A DNA stretch of 64,000 nt, taken from Sphagnum compactum (taxonomy: Eukaryota). The notes beneath the pieces were generated by a model. The model saw only the letters and a program-made list of their open reading frames with translations, made no database searches and was not told where the DNA came from. Below, one piece after another: positions 41,045-52,215 of the stretch; within the stretch, counting starts at the first letter, position 1; each line of letters starts with the position of its first letter. Position numbers and translations under genes: made by a program. Location: contig OZ234493.1 in NCBI GenBank assembly GCA_965153455.1, positions 19,334,213-19,398,212 of the forward strand. Reading direction: 5' to 3'.

Positions 41045-41969
41045 ATTTATATTATTCTCAACTTTTTTGTAAATCTCAAAACATATTTCTTCCAAATCAC
41101 AAAATATATGGAATAAAAATATTAAATCTTCAAGAATACTTTATTCCTTGAAATAATATTTAAAAATAAATTAATTAGTCAACAGACATGTGTTGAAATG
41201 GCCAAGGTACTACAATACACTTCTTGGACAGGCTTATGATTCCGAACTTCATTTCAAATTGAAGGAGCACCCTCCTACCTTGGCCACTTTGACATTAATT
41301 ATATTTTTCAGAAATGTTGAAATTTTCAAAAAACAATTCTTCCAGATCACAAAATATACTGAAAGAAAACATTGAATCTTTAGGACTATTTTATTTCATG
41401 AAGTAAATCTTTCAAAATTAATTAATTATTCAACGAACATGTGTTGAAATGGTCAAAGTACTACAATACATTTCTTCAAGGGGCTTATGATTGAGAACTT
41501 CATTTTGGAATGAAGGAGTACCCTCCTACCTTGACCACTTTGATGTTAATTATATTATTCTCAGAAATTTTGTAAATTTCAAAAAAAATCTTCAAAATCA
41601 CAAAATGTATGGAACAAAAATATTGAATTTTTAATGAATATTATATTCCTTGAAATAAATATTTCAAAATTAATTAATTATTCAACAAACATGTGTTGAA
41701 ATGGCCAAGGTACTATGATACATTTCTTCGAGGGACTTATGATTGAGAACTTCATTTCGGAATGAAAGAGTACCCCTCCTACCTTGGCTGCTTTGACATT
41801 AATTATATTATTTTAAGAAATGTTGAAATTTTCAAAAAATATTTCTTCCAAATCACAAAATATAGTGAATGAAAATATTGAATTTTTAGGAATATTTTAT
41901 TTCATGAAATAAATATTTTAATTGATTAATTATTCAATGGACATGTGTTGAAATGGCCAAGGTACTATG
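41045..41969. repeat. ~252-bp tandem repeat, about 3.7 copies
   Basis: ACATGTGTTGAAATGG(C/T)CAA(G/A)GTACTA recurs at ~41186, 41437, 41689 and 41941. Confidence 0.9.
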
Positions 41970-42880
41970 ATAATAAGAGAGGAAATGAAGTCAATGATTG
42001 AGTGTTGTGAGCAACGGTTTTTTTTTTTGTGTGGAATTACAGTTGTTGCCAAATTTGAAGATGACCTGCTGCAAGCTCAAATAATTAAGGTTATTCCTGA
42101 AATTCTTCAAAATATTTGCCCAAAATATATAGGAGAAGGGTCTGTTTTTCAGACCATTCCAGAATTCAAGGTGTCATCAAGAGGACAAAGGCCGAGTGAA
42201 AGGTACCAAATTTTTTAGAAGGGTCTGAAAGCAAACCTTTCTCTTGCATGAAGAACCGGCTAGTCTTTTTGGAAAACAGGTATCTAATCAATTGATCGGC
42301 ATTTAACAAAGTCTTAAGGTCCAGTGAAAAATTACTCTTGAGGAGCAACCTAAATATAGAAAGGAAAGAATCCGCCGGCGCTTTATGGATTACAAAGCCG
42401 GCACTTGGTGTTAGTTATGGTTCCCAGTGAGCCAAATGGCGAGCCCGATAACATGAGTGCCGGCTGCCTAGCATAAAGGAGTGACGCTACCAAATTGGCA
42501 GGTCATAGAGTAGGAGTGTAGGAAAAGACAGAATCTGCCGTTGTGGCAGTTTATGGAAAATAGCCAGGCCTTAAAACAGGCCAAATCCGCAACCTCAGTC
42601 CTCTTTGCAGGGGGAAAAGTTGTTGTTCACCACATTAAGACTATGTGCTTCTAGACGTAGTAGCTAAACAGTAGCATGATTCTAAAAGAAACTTAACTTC
42701 ATGTTTGTCCTCTAGCCAAACATAGCTAAATCCTTCTATGGAGCCGGTTGCTGGCCAAAAAGAGTCGACTAACTGGTTTAATCTACCTGTTTTTATTCCC
42801 GTGTACTGTTGCCATCCTGATTTCTCATTTCGTCGCCATTTTAGGGTACTGTTTCCATCCCGGCTTCTCACTTCGACCCT

Positions 42881-43030
42881 GGAGACTCTACACCTGGAGG
42901 AGCTTTAGCGCTTGGTTTCGTAGATTTGGAGCTGGACTTGAGACTCTACACTTGGAGGAGCTTGAGCTTGGTTTTGTAGGCTGGGAGCTGGAGTTGGGAA
43001 TTTTACACTTGGAGCTTGAGCTGGGCTTTG
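42881..43030 (+). repeat. ~57-bp tandem repeat (x3) in the LINE 5' UTR
   Basis: Units of GAGACTCTACAC(C/T)TGGAGGAGCTT..GGTTT.GTAG..GGAGCTGGA. Confidence 0.7.
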
Positions 43031-43587
43031 TATACGTAGAATCTGCTGCTGCTGCTCTATTTACATGAGCACGTCCAAAAGCTCTTTCTGAAAAGCTTTG
43101 GTACTTACAGCAAATTCTTGTTCGGCTATAGTAGACTCACGAGTGTATGTAGCTTGGAGAAGACAGGCAGAGAGCCAGAGAGAGTTTTGGGGTGGTGAAG
43201 CATGGGGGCATCCAACAAGTTCTTCAAGACATTGGTGACGGTGAGGCGGATTGTGAAACCAAGTACCAGTAGTGTGGAGAAAGATGACAATGTAAGTCTG
43301 TAGACCCAGCTGTTGCTTTCTGCTCAAAGAGACTTCCAACACTTTCCTGCCTAATTGAGCATCCAGAAAATTTCTGGTGCCTTGTTGATGTGGAAAAGAA
43401 GAAAGCTTGTTAGGGGGTGTTTAGGGTTTTCTCAAATAGCATTGGTTCAGGATTTTTGGACACGGAGCTTGATGGACCTGGGCCTTCTTAGGTTGGCCTG
43501 ACCTTCTTGTACGTAAGGGTTTGGTTGGTCTGAGGCCTCTGGAATTGGGGTGTGGGTTAAGAAAGTTAGGGTTTTGGGTTTTGGATA

Positions 43588-44454
43588 ATGATGAATGCCA
43601 CGGTTTTCGACGCTAAAACATGGGAATGGAACAAGGACTCGTTGACGATCATGGAGATGCAGGTAGTTGAACTCCAGGCACTATGTACACGCTATAACCT
43701 CAAGCCTGCCAAGACCAGCAAGGCAGCTGCTGCAGCAGCCATCGTCAACTATCTCATGGTCCCTAGGGCTGATGTGGTGACGAAACAGGATGTGCACAAT
43801 GTTATTGAGGTCACTATGGAGCAGGTCGCAAAAAACATTCTGGCTCCAGCAATGGAAGCTAAGATTGTGACCGTAACTAGCCAAGTCGAAACGCTGCAAA
43901 ATAAGGTAGATGCGATGGCTAAGAGCTTTGATACCATGCAAGACAGTGGGGAGAAGTGGAAGGAGGTCGTGGGCAAGAAGGTTGACAAGGTTGTCAACAA
44001 GGTGGACCGGGCAACGGATGTTGACCTAGTCAAGGCCAGGGAAGCAAACATCCGGGTCACCGGGTTGACCATGAGCAAGGGGGAAACCTCAAAACAACTT
44101 ATGGAGTTGGTGCAGACGGAGCTGCTTGACAAGCTGAAGGTTGCTGACCATGTGCAGGTGCAGAAGGTGCACCGGCAGATGCCGTTAGGGCGATTGGATA
44201 AGGCCAATGACAAGGCACCGGCAGTCATCATCACGCTGGCATCGGTACATGACAAGCTCATAGTGTTGCGCGCTCGCAAAGGCTTGTAAGGCACTCAGCT
44301 TGGGCTCGATGAGGACTTGACTCCTGCTCAGCAAGCCCAGAAACGAGCTGCTTGGGCCACCTTCAAGGAGGCCAAAGAGGCTGGAGAACGGGTCTACTGG
44401 CGTGGGGCCGATCTCTACATCAACCACAAAGTCGTAAATTCTCCTACTGCATAG
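43588..44454 (+). CDS. LINE ORF1 (SAP-like N-terminus, coiled coil, RRM-CTD type), with a premature TAA at 44287
   Basis: Contains NIRVTGL..VIITL..KLIVL. After the internal TAA the frame continues GTQLGLDEDLTPAQQ..AKEAGERVYWRGADLYIN, a typical ORF1p CTD (EDLT), ending at TAG 44452-44454. Confidence 0.8.
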
Positions 44455-47400
44455 GGGGGCGGGGGCCAGAGAGACTTGTGTGTGTGCCTATGGAACATCC
44501 ATGGGGCCGCTATCACAAAGCTAGAAACACATGAACATCTGCTTGACCTATTTCAACATGTTGACGTTGTTGCTTTGACAGAAACACATCACTTCCCGGG
44601 CGATACATTCCCGGTCTTACCGGGGTTCTACTGTTTTGATGTTGCCAGGCCTGTGACTCCACAGGGTGTCATTCAAAAGCACAGTGGAGGCATTGCGGTA
44701 CTAGTCAGGGAAACATGGGCAAATAGTACTGTTGTTTGGAAGACTGCAAGGGATGGGATTAGGATTTGGCTGCGCTTGGGCAATGCTTTCCAAAGGCCTT
44801 TGTTCCTGTGCATAATATATGCTGCTCCACAAGGCTCGCCATATGCGGACAGCAGCCTGTTTGAATACATACGCCAAGAGGTTGGAGAAGCCATGAACTT
44901 AGGCAGTGTGCTTCTTGCTGGGGATTTCAATGCAAGGACAGGCACAAACATTGACTTCATTGATTGTAGTCAACTAGCAGATGTGCTGTTGGTGCCACAG
45001 GCCATTGAGGACACCCTGCCCAACGATATGTTGGAGCGCCAGAACCGCGACACCGTCACGGCTGGTTGGCATCGTGAATTCCTCGATCTCTGCAGAACTA
45101 CTGGGCTATTCATCCTCAATGGCCGCACACCAGGAGACATATCAGGGGAGTACACATGCCTATCCAATAAAGGTTTTAGCACTGTGGACTATTTTCTTAC
45201 GACAGCTAACCAATTAAAGGGTGTCAAGCGCTTAGAGGTTAACTGCGATGAAAAGTACTCAGGCCACAAAGATGCGCACTCTGATCATAGACCATTGGTA
45301 CTTACAATCACACAACAGTGGCAACCCCCTCCTGTTCAGCAAAAGGCGATCAAACACCTACCACGTTTCAAATATGACACTACCAAAGCAGCCGAATTTA
45401 GCAAAAGTGTACAGCATAACATCGATGTCTGGGCAAGCCCAGATGTACTCGATGCATCTGACGTACAAACAACAATCAATCTGTTACAACAGTGCATCAC
45501 ACAATCTGCAGAAGAAGTGTTTGGAAATAGACAAGTGGCTTTAGGAAAAACAATAAAACATAGTCACAAACCCTGGTTTGACACAGAATGTCGCCAGACC
45601 AAAAGCCAGTTTGCTAAATTGTCACATGCACACCCAGATAGGCAGGTCAAACTTAAGCAAATGAAACAATTGTACAAAAGAAAGAAACGTGCTTATGATG
45701 TACTCAAGGCTAAACAACTATGTGGTTTAGCGAAGGCGGATCCTGCAGCATTCTGGAAGCGGTACCGTAAGCGCGCTGAAGGTGTCAATGGCATCACCAG
45801 CGAAGCACTCAGGGATGGCTTCCAGCAATTGCTTCAGCCTCCGGCGGCACTAGCCACAACAGGAGCCGTGACAGGTGCCGCTATTCAAGCCCAGGTGGTT
45901 TCCTTTCCACCCCATGGTATTGATTGCGAACAGTTGAATGTTGACATCACACTAGTTGAAGTACAACAAGCGTTCAAAAAGCTAAAACGACACAAAGCTG
46001 CAGGCATTGATGGCATCAAACCAGAGTTCCTTTTGGATGCGGCTGTTGCCTTGCAACAACCACTATTGATTGCTTTTAACAAAATTCTGCGTGAGGGCTA
46101 TTGTGAATCACTCTCTGTTGGGATCATACATGCACTATACAAAGGGGGTGACTACAGTCAGTTTGACAATTACAGGGGGATCACAGTAGGACCAGTCTTA
46201 GCCAAGGTGTTTGCAATGATTCTTGAGTCTCGCATCAGTCAATGGGCGGAGACTAATGATTTACGCGCAAAAGGACAGGCTGGTTTCAGAAAGGACTTTA
46301 GGACAACAGATAACTTGTTTATTCTTCGCACTTTGACCGAACAAGCCAGATTTCAGAAAAAGAAGCTATACACTTGTTTTGTGGACCTCAAAAACGCCTT
46401 TGATACAGTACCAAGGGACCTGTTGTGGCAGGTGCTGGAGGGACTTGGCATCAGTGGGCGGGTACTGGAATGCTTGCGTTCCATGTACCATCAAGACCAG
46501 GCCTGCCTGCACCATCCAGAGGAGGGGCTCACGCCCACTTTCCTCTGCCGCATCGGAGTGAAGCAAGGATGCCCCCTCAGCCCGCTCCTATTTGGCCTCT
46601 TCATAGATGGCTTAGAGAAATGGCTGAATGCTTTGGAGGGTGATGCACCACCAATGTTGGATCAACTAGCTGTTCGCTTGCTTTTGTATGCAGACGACTT
46701 AGCTCTCATGTCACACACTCCTGGTGGATTGCAGAAGCAATTAGATGTCTTGCAGGCTTTTTATTGTGAGCGTCAGTTGACTGTGAATGTCAAGAAAACC
46801 AAGGTTGTTGTGTTTGAAGCACACAAGTCTGTGTGTCAGGCTTTTCAGTATGAGGGTGAAACTATAGAGCAACTAAACTCTTTCAAGTATTTAGGTGTTG
46901 AGCTGCATGGCACAAAAGGTATGCAAGCTGCAATACAACAATTAGCAATGTCTGGGAAAAAGGCAGTTTTTGCATTGCAGCGTAGATGCGCAGAACTGCG
47001 CATCTTTGACCCAGCATTACAATGCCAGTTGTTTGATGCACTAGTCAAACCAGTGCTTAGCTATGGGTGTGAAGTATGGTTAGACCACATGGCACGCGAA
47101 CAGTTAGAGGTGGTTCATCGGGCTTTTCTAAAGTTGTTGCTAGCGGTCAGCACCACGACATCCAGTTACGTCGTGCTGGCAGAGTTTGGCAGGTTTCCCC
47201 TAGAAATATATTGGTGGCAACAGACCATGCGCTTTCTCTCACGTGTCAGTTCTAAGGTAGACTCAGATCGCATGCTCAAGCTAGCTTATGATGTACAGCT
47301 GCAGTTGCTTGCAGCCAGGCGAAAAGTCTCACTCGGGAACCAGAGTGCTGTGGGTAGAAAAAGCCGATTGCCTGCTTGCTGGCTAGCACAAGTAGATGAA

Positions 47401-47924
47401 CGACTGTCGACGTACAATTTGTGCATCGATCGCAATCAGCTGCCACCATGTGCTCGCCTCAAGCAGTTGGCTGAAAGGCAATACATTGTACACCATCAAG
47501 TGGCTGCAGCTGACTCTAGCAGGGTGAGAGCCTATTTGGGGTTGAATAGCTCAACACAGTATGGGTACAAAGAATACCTCTCCAGGGTAAACAATGCACA
47601 GCTTAGGAGAAGCTTGGCACATTTTCGTTGTGCGAATCACAAGCTACAGATTGAGCTAGGAAGGCAAGCCAAGCCAAGCCAGTGAAGGTGCCAGTGCAAC
47701 AGCGTTACTGCAAATTGTGCAACTTGGGTGCGGTTGAGGATGAGGACCACTTCTTGTTGGTTTGCCCTACCTATCAAAATGTTCGGGAGAGGTTTAGAGG
47801 TTCATTGCCACTAACTGCCATCACACCTTTGGCTGAATTGATGAGCTGTCAGCAGCAAGGCATCCTTGCTAGATTCTTAGTGCAATGTCAGAAGGTTAGA
47901 TCTGAATTGCTTCATCAGACTTAA
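44455..47924 (+). CDS. LINE ORF2: AP endonuclease, reverse transcriptase and CCHC zinc finger; one frameshift near the 3' end
   Basis: EN motifs WNIHG, LTETH, IYAAP, AGDFNAR, TVDY, SDH. RT motifs YRGITV, QAGFR, FVDLKNAFD, GVKQGCPLSPLLF, YADD, FKYLG. (AAGCC)3 at 47666-47680 shifts the frame; removing one 5-bp unit joins it to the 47682-47924 zinc-finger ORF. Confidence 0.95.
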
Positions 47925-49585
47925 CGTCAAATGGGTTCTGGCTCGGGCGTTGTTTGGCCCACTTAATGACGCTAAATTGTAAGTAAGTAAGTAAGTAAGA
48001 TGGTTGCCAATGTGCTTCAACACAAAATTGAAAAAGAAAAACAACCATCTAAATAGGACAATTTTTTTCAATTGTTTCTTCAAAAAATGGCAAGAAAAAT
48101 GCCTCAAAGTACCATTTTTTCCCCCTTTTTCTGGAAGAGATATTAACCAAAACAAAGTGTTGCATGGCTCTTCTTATTAAGTCCAGTAAATATTTATTAG
48201 CTATTACCATGATTCTTGATTAATACTATGTCCTATAACATAGTTTTAAAATATTAATAAATTAATAATCAAATTACTATCTTATAGTTTAAAATTATTA
48301 TCATATGATTAAAATGATTATTATATTGGAATATTATATTATGAGTTTTATTAATTTTTTAAATAAATTAATTTTTTAAATAAATCATTAATAGTGCCCA
48401 AATAATTTAATTTGAGCATAATTTAACATTTATTGGCTTTTAAATATTGACTAATTAGTAGTCATTACTATTATTTTTCATTAACTAGTTCAATTAGATT
48501 ATTGAGATATTTTAGAATTAACGATAATTTATTATCTGAATAACTAGTCATTGAGTTATATATACATATTAGTGAACAAGTTAATAAATTGTCTCAAATC
48601 ATTCATTGATAAATATTAAATATATTTTTTTTGAAATAAGTTTTTTACTTGTAAACTAAATAGTTTTAAGTTCACTAATTACTATTGCATATTTCTTCAC
48701 TAATCTATTAATTAATATGAATAATTCATAAATAATGATAAACTACTATATCAATTTATGATCTCATACCTAATTAATCAACTAGTTTTTAAAGTAAGTA
48801 ATAAATAATAATTGATTTTTTTTATTAATTAAAATATAATTGAATGGTTAAAAAAATTATGTAATTCATAGTTTATATTAAGTAATCAATTAGTTGATAA
48901 TAATAATTTATGAATAATTAACATTCATTTAATACAATGAGGTAGGTAGCCCTACTCCACCCTTAATAATCCATTTTGCATGATTTTTATAAATGTTTCA
49001 ATGGTCGTACCAATGGTTTGACAATAGGACCTTTTTGAAAATTCTGGAAAGCTAAATATTGCTACTATATTTTGTTATTTTTCTTTATGTTTGAATCTTT
49101 TATTGTCAAGTTTTTTATTCCACTAGCCCAAATATGGCATTTTATGATTAGATATACAACTTAAAATGTAGTCGTGGACACCATTTATGACTAACCATGA
49201 CTACCTAGGAGAATCAAACTTATCACTTTACCACATAATCATTGATATGGTCATAGTCGTAATTGTGGTCCACAATCTTAAATATGCATAGTCATAAATT
49301 ACAATCATGGATGTTACTACATCAAATAATTCATGGCCATTGGATATTCAATTTTTAAAATATCTTTATATACATGGATTGATATCTAACCTACACATGG
49401 CATGTGTCCATTATATATAAGGCAACACATGTCATGCAAGGCCTATTTCCTCATTATATTCCAATTCTAATATTTAAAACTTATTATAATTTGATTAATC
49501 TAAATGCCCCACATGTTGGGCAATGAGGTCAATTAAAAATCTTACGTGGCAATCAATTCAATGTTAATGTCAAAATCAAAGTCAA

Positions 49586-49685
49586 TTTTAGGGTTAGGGT
49601 TAGACTAGGTTTAGGTTGGTTTTGGTTAGGGTTAGGTTTGGGTTAGATTAAGTTTATGTTAAGGCTATGTTAGGGTTAGGTTAAA
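49586..49685. repeat. Degenerate TTAGGG/TTAGG telomere-like tract
   Basis: TTTTAGGGTTAGGGTTAGACTAGGTTTAGG..GTTAGGGTTAGG. Confidence 0.6.
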
Positions 49686-50329
49686 CACCTACTTAGGTAG
49701 GTAATCAAGTGTAGGTACATAAATATTTCCATTTATTTTGGGTTAAAACTTTTTGATTGGCTCATCCCATATGGCCATGTTTTTAATATGAAAATGTGAG
49801 ACAAAACATCTTGTTTATATTGGTTTCAAAATGATAGACAAAACATATGGAATGAACATTTTGGTTGCAAATAATTTGATTAAACATTTTAGTTGTAAAC
49901 TACTTATAACTATAAATTTTATTCTATGTATTTTATCCTTGTTTTTACTTTTGTAAATTATAATTAAGTAGATAAGTGACTAACTAACTAACTAATTAAT
50001 CAACTATAAATTAATGAATTACTTGTAGTAATAAATCACCAATATTTCTTAGTTACATAATTATGTAATTAATTAACTAATTGATATGTTTTACATTATT
50101 GTTATTATTATTATTATAAATTAAATATGAAAATCTATATACAAATACTTTTGTAACTTGGTAACTTGTGCATGTTAAAAATTAAAAAATTGTAAATTTC
50201 AAAAGTGCAAGAGAGCAACTTGTAAATTCATAGATTTTCACGTTACAAATCATTGATCATAAACTTTCAAGTGCACAAATTGACCAAAAAACCAATGGGC
50301 AATTTATGGATCCCATGTGTGTATTGTAG

Positions 50330-50940
50330 CCTAAACCACAAAAGACCAATGTATATAGAGTACCCTATTTAGGTATTGCAACCTATATCCTAAAACCAGT
50401 CCTTATTTCATGGACCTTTATGCAGGTATTGCATAATTTGGTAAATGTTATTTGAAAATTGACTAAATCAAGACCCAATCCCATAATGCAAAACTCGAAT
50501 ATGAAAATGGTATATCAAGTGCAAGAAATATGTAAGTCAATATACGAGTATTGATTTAAACACAAGTATTGCATTTTCTTCACAAAAAACCAATCCCTCT
50601 TTTGCGGACCTACATGCAGGTATTGCATAATTTGGTAAATGGTCTTTGAATATTAACTAGTTCAAGACCCAATCCCAAAATGCAATACCCCAATGCAAAA
50701 ATGATATATCAAGTGCAAGAAACATGTGAATCAATATTTGATTATTGACCTAAACACAAGTATTTCACTTTGTTCACAAAAAACAAGTCTAGCTCTTTTG
50801 CATACCTATATGTGGGTATTGCAAAAATTGGCAAATGTTGTGATGTTGTTCATTTTGGGACATGTGTGTAAGTATTGTTTTTGTGGGGAAAACCCAATCA
50901 CTATTTTTAATGCCTATATGCAGTTATTGCGAATGTGGGT
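50330..50940. repeat. ~195-bp tandem repeat (x3)
   Basis: GACCT..ATGCAGGTATTGCATAATTTGGTAAATG at ~50412, ~50605 and ~50800. Shares the GGTATTGCA motif with 38300-38640. Confidence 0.75.
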
Positions 50941-51669
50941 AAATAAACACATATCGGTCACAAATGACAAGTACATGGTTCACAAAACATATGGGTAACA
51001 ATGCATATGATACACAAGACATAAGCATATGGGTCACAACACATATGATACACGAAACAATTAATATATTATGTTAATCTTTACATCATTTAGTACTTAA
51101 TATTTTTTACATATTCAAAAATTGCAAGAGAATCTAGTACCAACTACAAAATTGGTTTCGATCTTGGGTCAAAACACACTAAGATGAGCTAATGGGATTA
51201 CTTTGTAAAAGGATTGCTAATCTTTTTTTGGTCCTTTTCACTTTTGCATAGAAAGCAATTTTCAAACAAAATCTTTTACAACTTGTTATCAAAAATATTT
51301 ATAGTTTCTTCAATACATCACATTTTTTGTATTAATCTTTGTTGAATAACTATGAATTTTCTAAGGTGTGCAAATTTTGCCAAATTTTGCATTTCACTTT
51401 TTTAAATGATCATAATTTCAATTCATTCCAATACATGTCAATTACTTTCGGGTTTGGTTTTTTGGATCATAAACTACAACTTTGTTTTATATGTCATGTG
51501 CATTACACTTCATTTACATGTGGTAAGGACTTTTGAAATTCAAAAATGAATCTTGAATTTTGAAACATACATTGAATTTCTTTAAAAAAATTATGTGGAT
51601 ACTTTGCATACAAAAAATTAATGCAAAAGGTGAGAAAGTGTATGTTACAAACCATCATATGAATATAAC

Positions 51670-52215
51670 ACTTTTTGAAAATGCCCATTTCATAAGACCC
51701 CAAACCCTAAACCGTAAGCCCTATCACCTACTCCATAACAAAGAAAGATTTAAGTGCATAGAAGTAAATGTGGGAATGCGGGGAGATCAACAACATCTAG
51801 TTGGTACAAATTCTTGAACTAACATATTTCATAAAACCTCAAAACCCTAAACCCTATCAAGCCCTAGCCCATAACAAAAAAAGTTGTACATACATAAAAG
51901 GATTGGTGGGGAACATGGGGAGCAATAACATTTAGTTGGTAGTAATTATGGAACAAACCAATTTCATAAAGACCCAAACCTTAAGCCCTAGTTAAGTCTT
52001 AAACCCTATAGCCCATAACTTTGAAAATTATAGCTACATAAATGTAAATATGGAAATGTGGGGCACAATGACATCTAGTCAGTACCAATCTTTGAACAAA
52101 CACATTTCCTAAAGCCCCAAAACTTGAAATTTTATCAAACCCTAGCCCATAACAAATAAAGTTGCAAATACATAAAAGTATATATGGGGAACATGGAGTA
52201 GTGGCATCTAGATGC
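51670..52215. repeat. ~135-140-bp tandem repeat (x4)
   Basis: Units of ATTTCATAA..AAACCCTA..GCCCATAAC..ACATAAA..GGGAACATGGGG..CATCTAGTTGGTAC. Confidence 0.75.

Larger units (their letters stand above)
42743..47998 (+). mobile_element. Apparently full-length RTE-X-like non-LTR retrotransposon (LINE), ~5.26 kb
   Basis: Comprises a ~845-bp 5' UTR, ORF1, an APE-RT ORF2 with the C-terminal LAHFRCANHKLQIELGR..RYCKLC..EDEDHFLLVCPTY signature, a short 3' UTR stem-loop and a (GTAA)5 tail at 47979-47998. It splits a dispersed repeat at TCCTTCTATGGA^TGGTTGCCAATG with at most a 2-bp (GA) duplication, and is more GC-rich than its flanks. Confidence 0.92.

Noticed and set aside
42748-43068. 106-aa ORF in the LINE 5' UTR
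   Set aside because: TTG start, and largely a translation of the 57-bp tandem repeat.
43681-47048. Antisense and overlapping ORFs inside the LINE (e.g. 43749-44294, 181 aa)
   Set aside because: Expected opposite GC-richer coding sequence; no recognisable motifs.
49586-49685. True telomere or chromosome fusion site
   Set aside because: Short, degenerate, single orientation, and embedded in repeat-like DNA.
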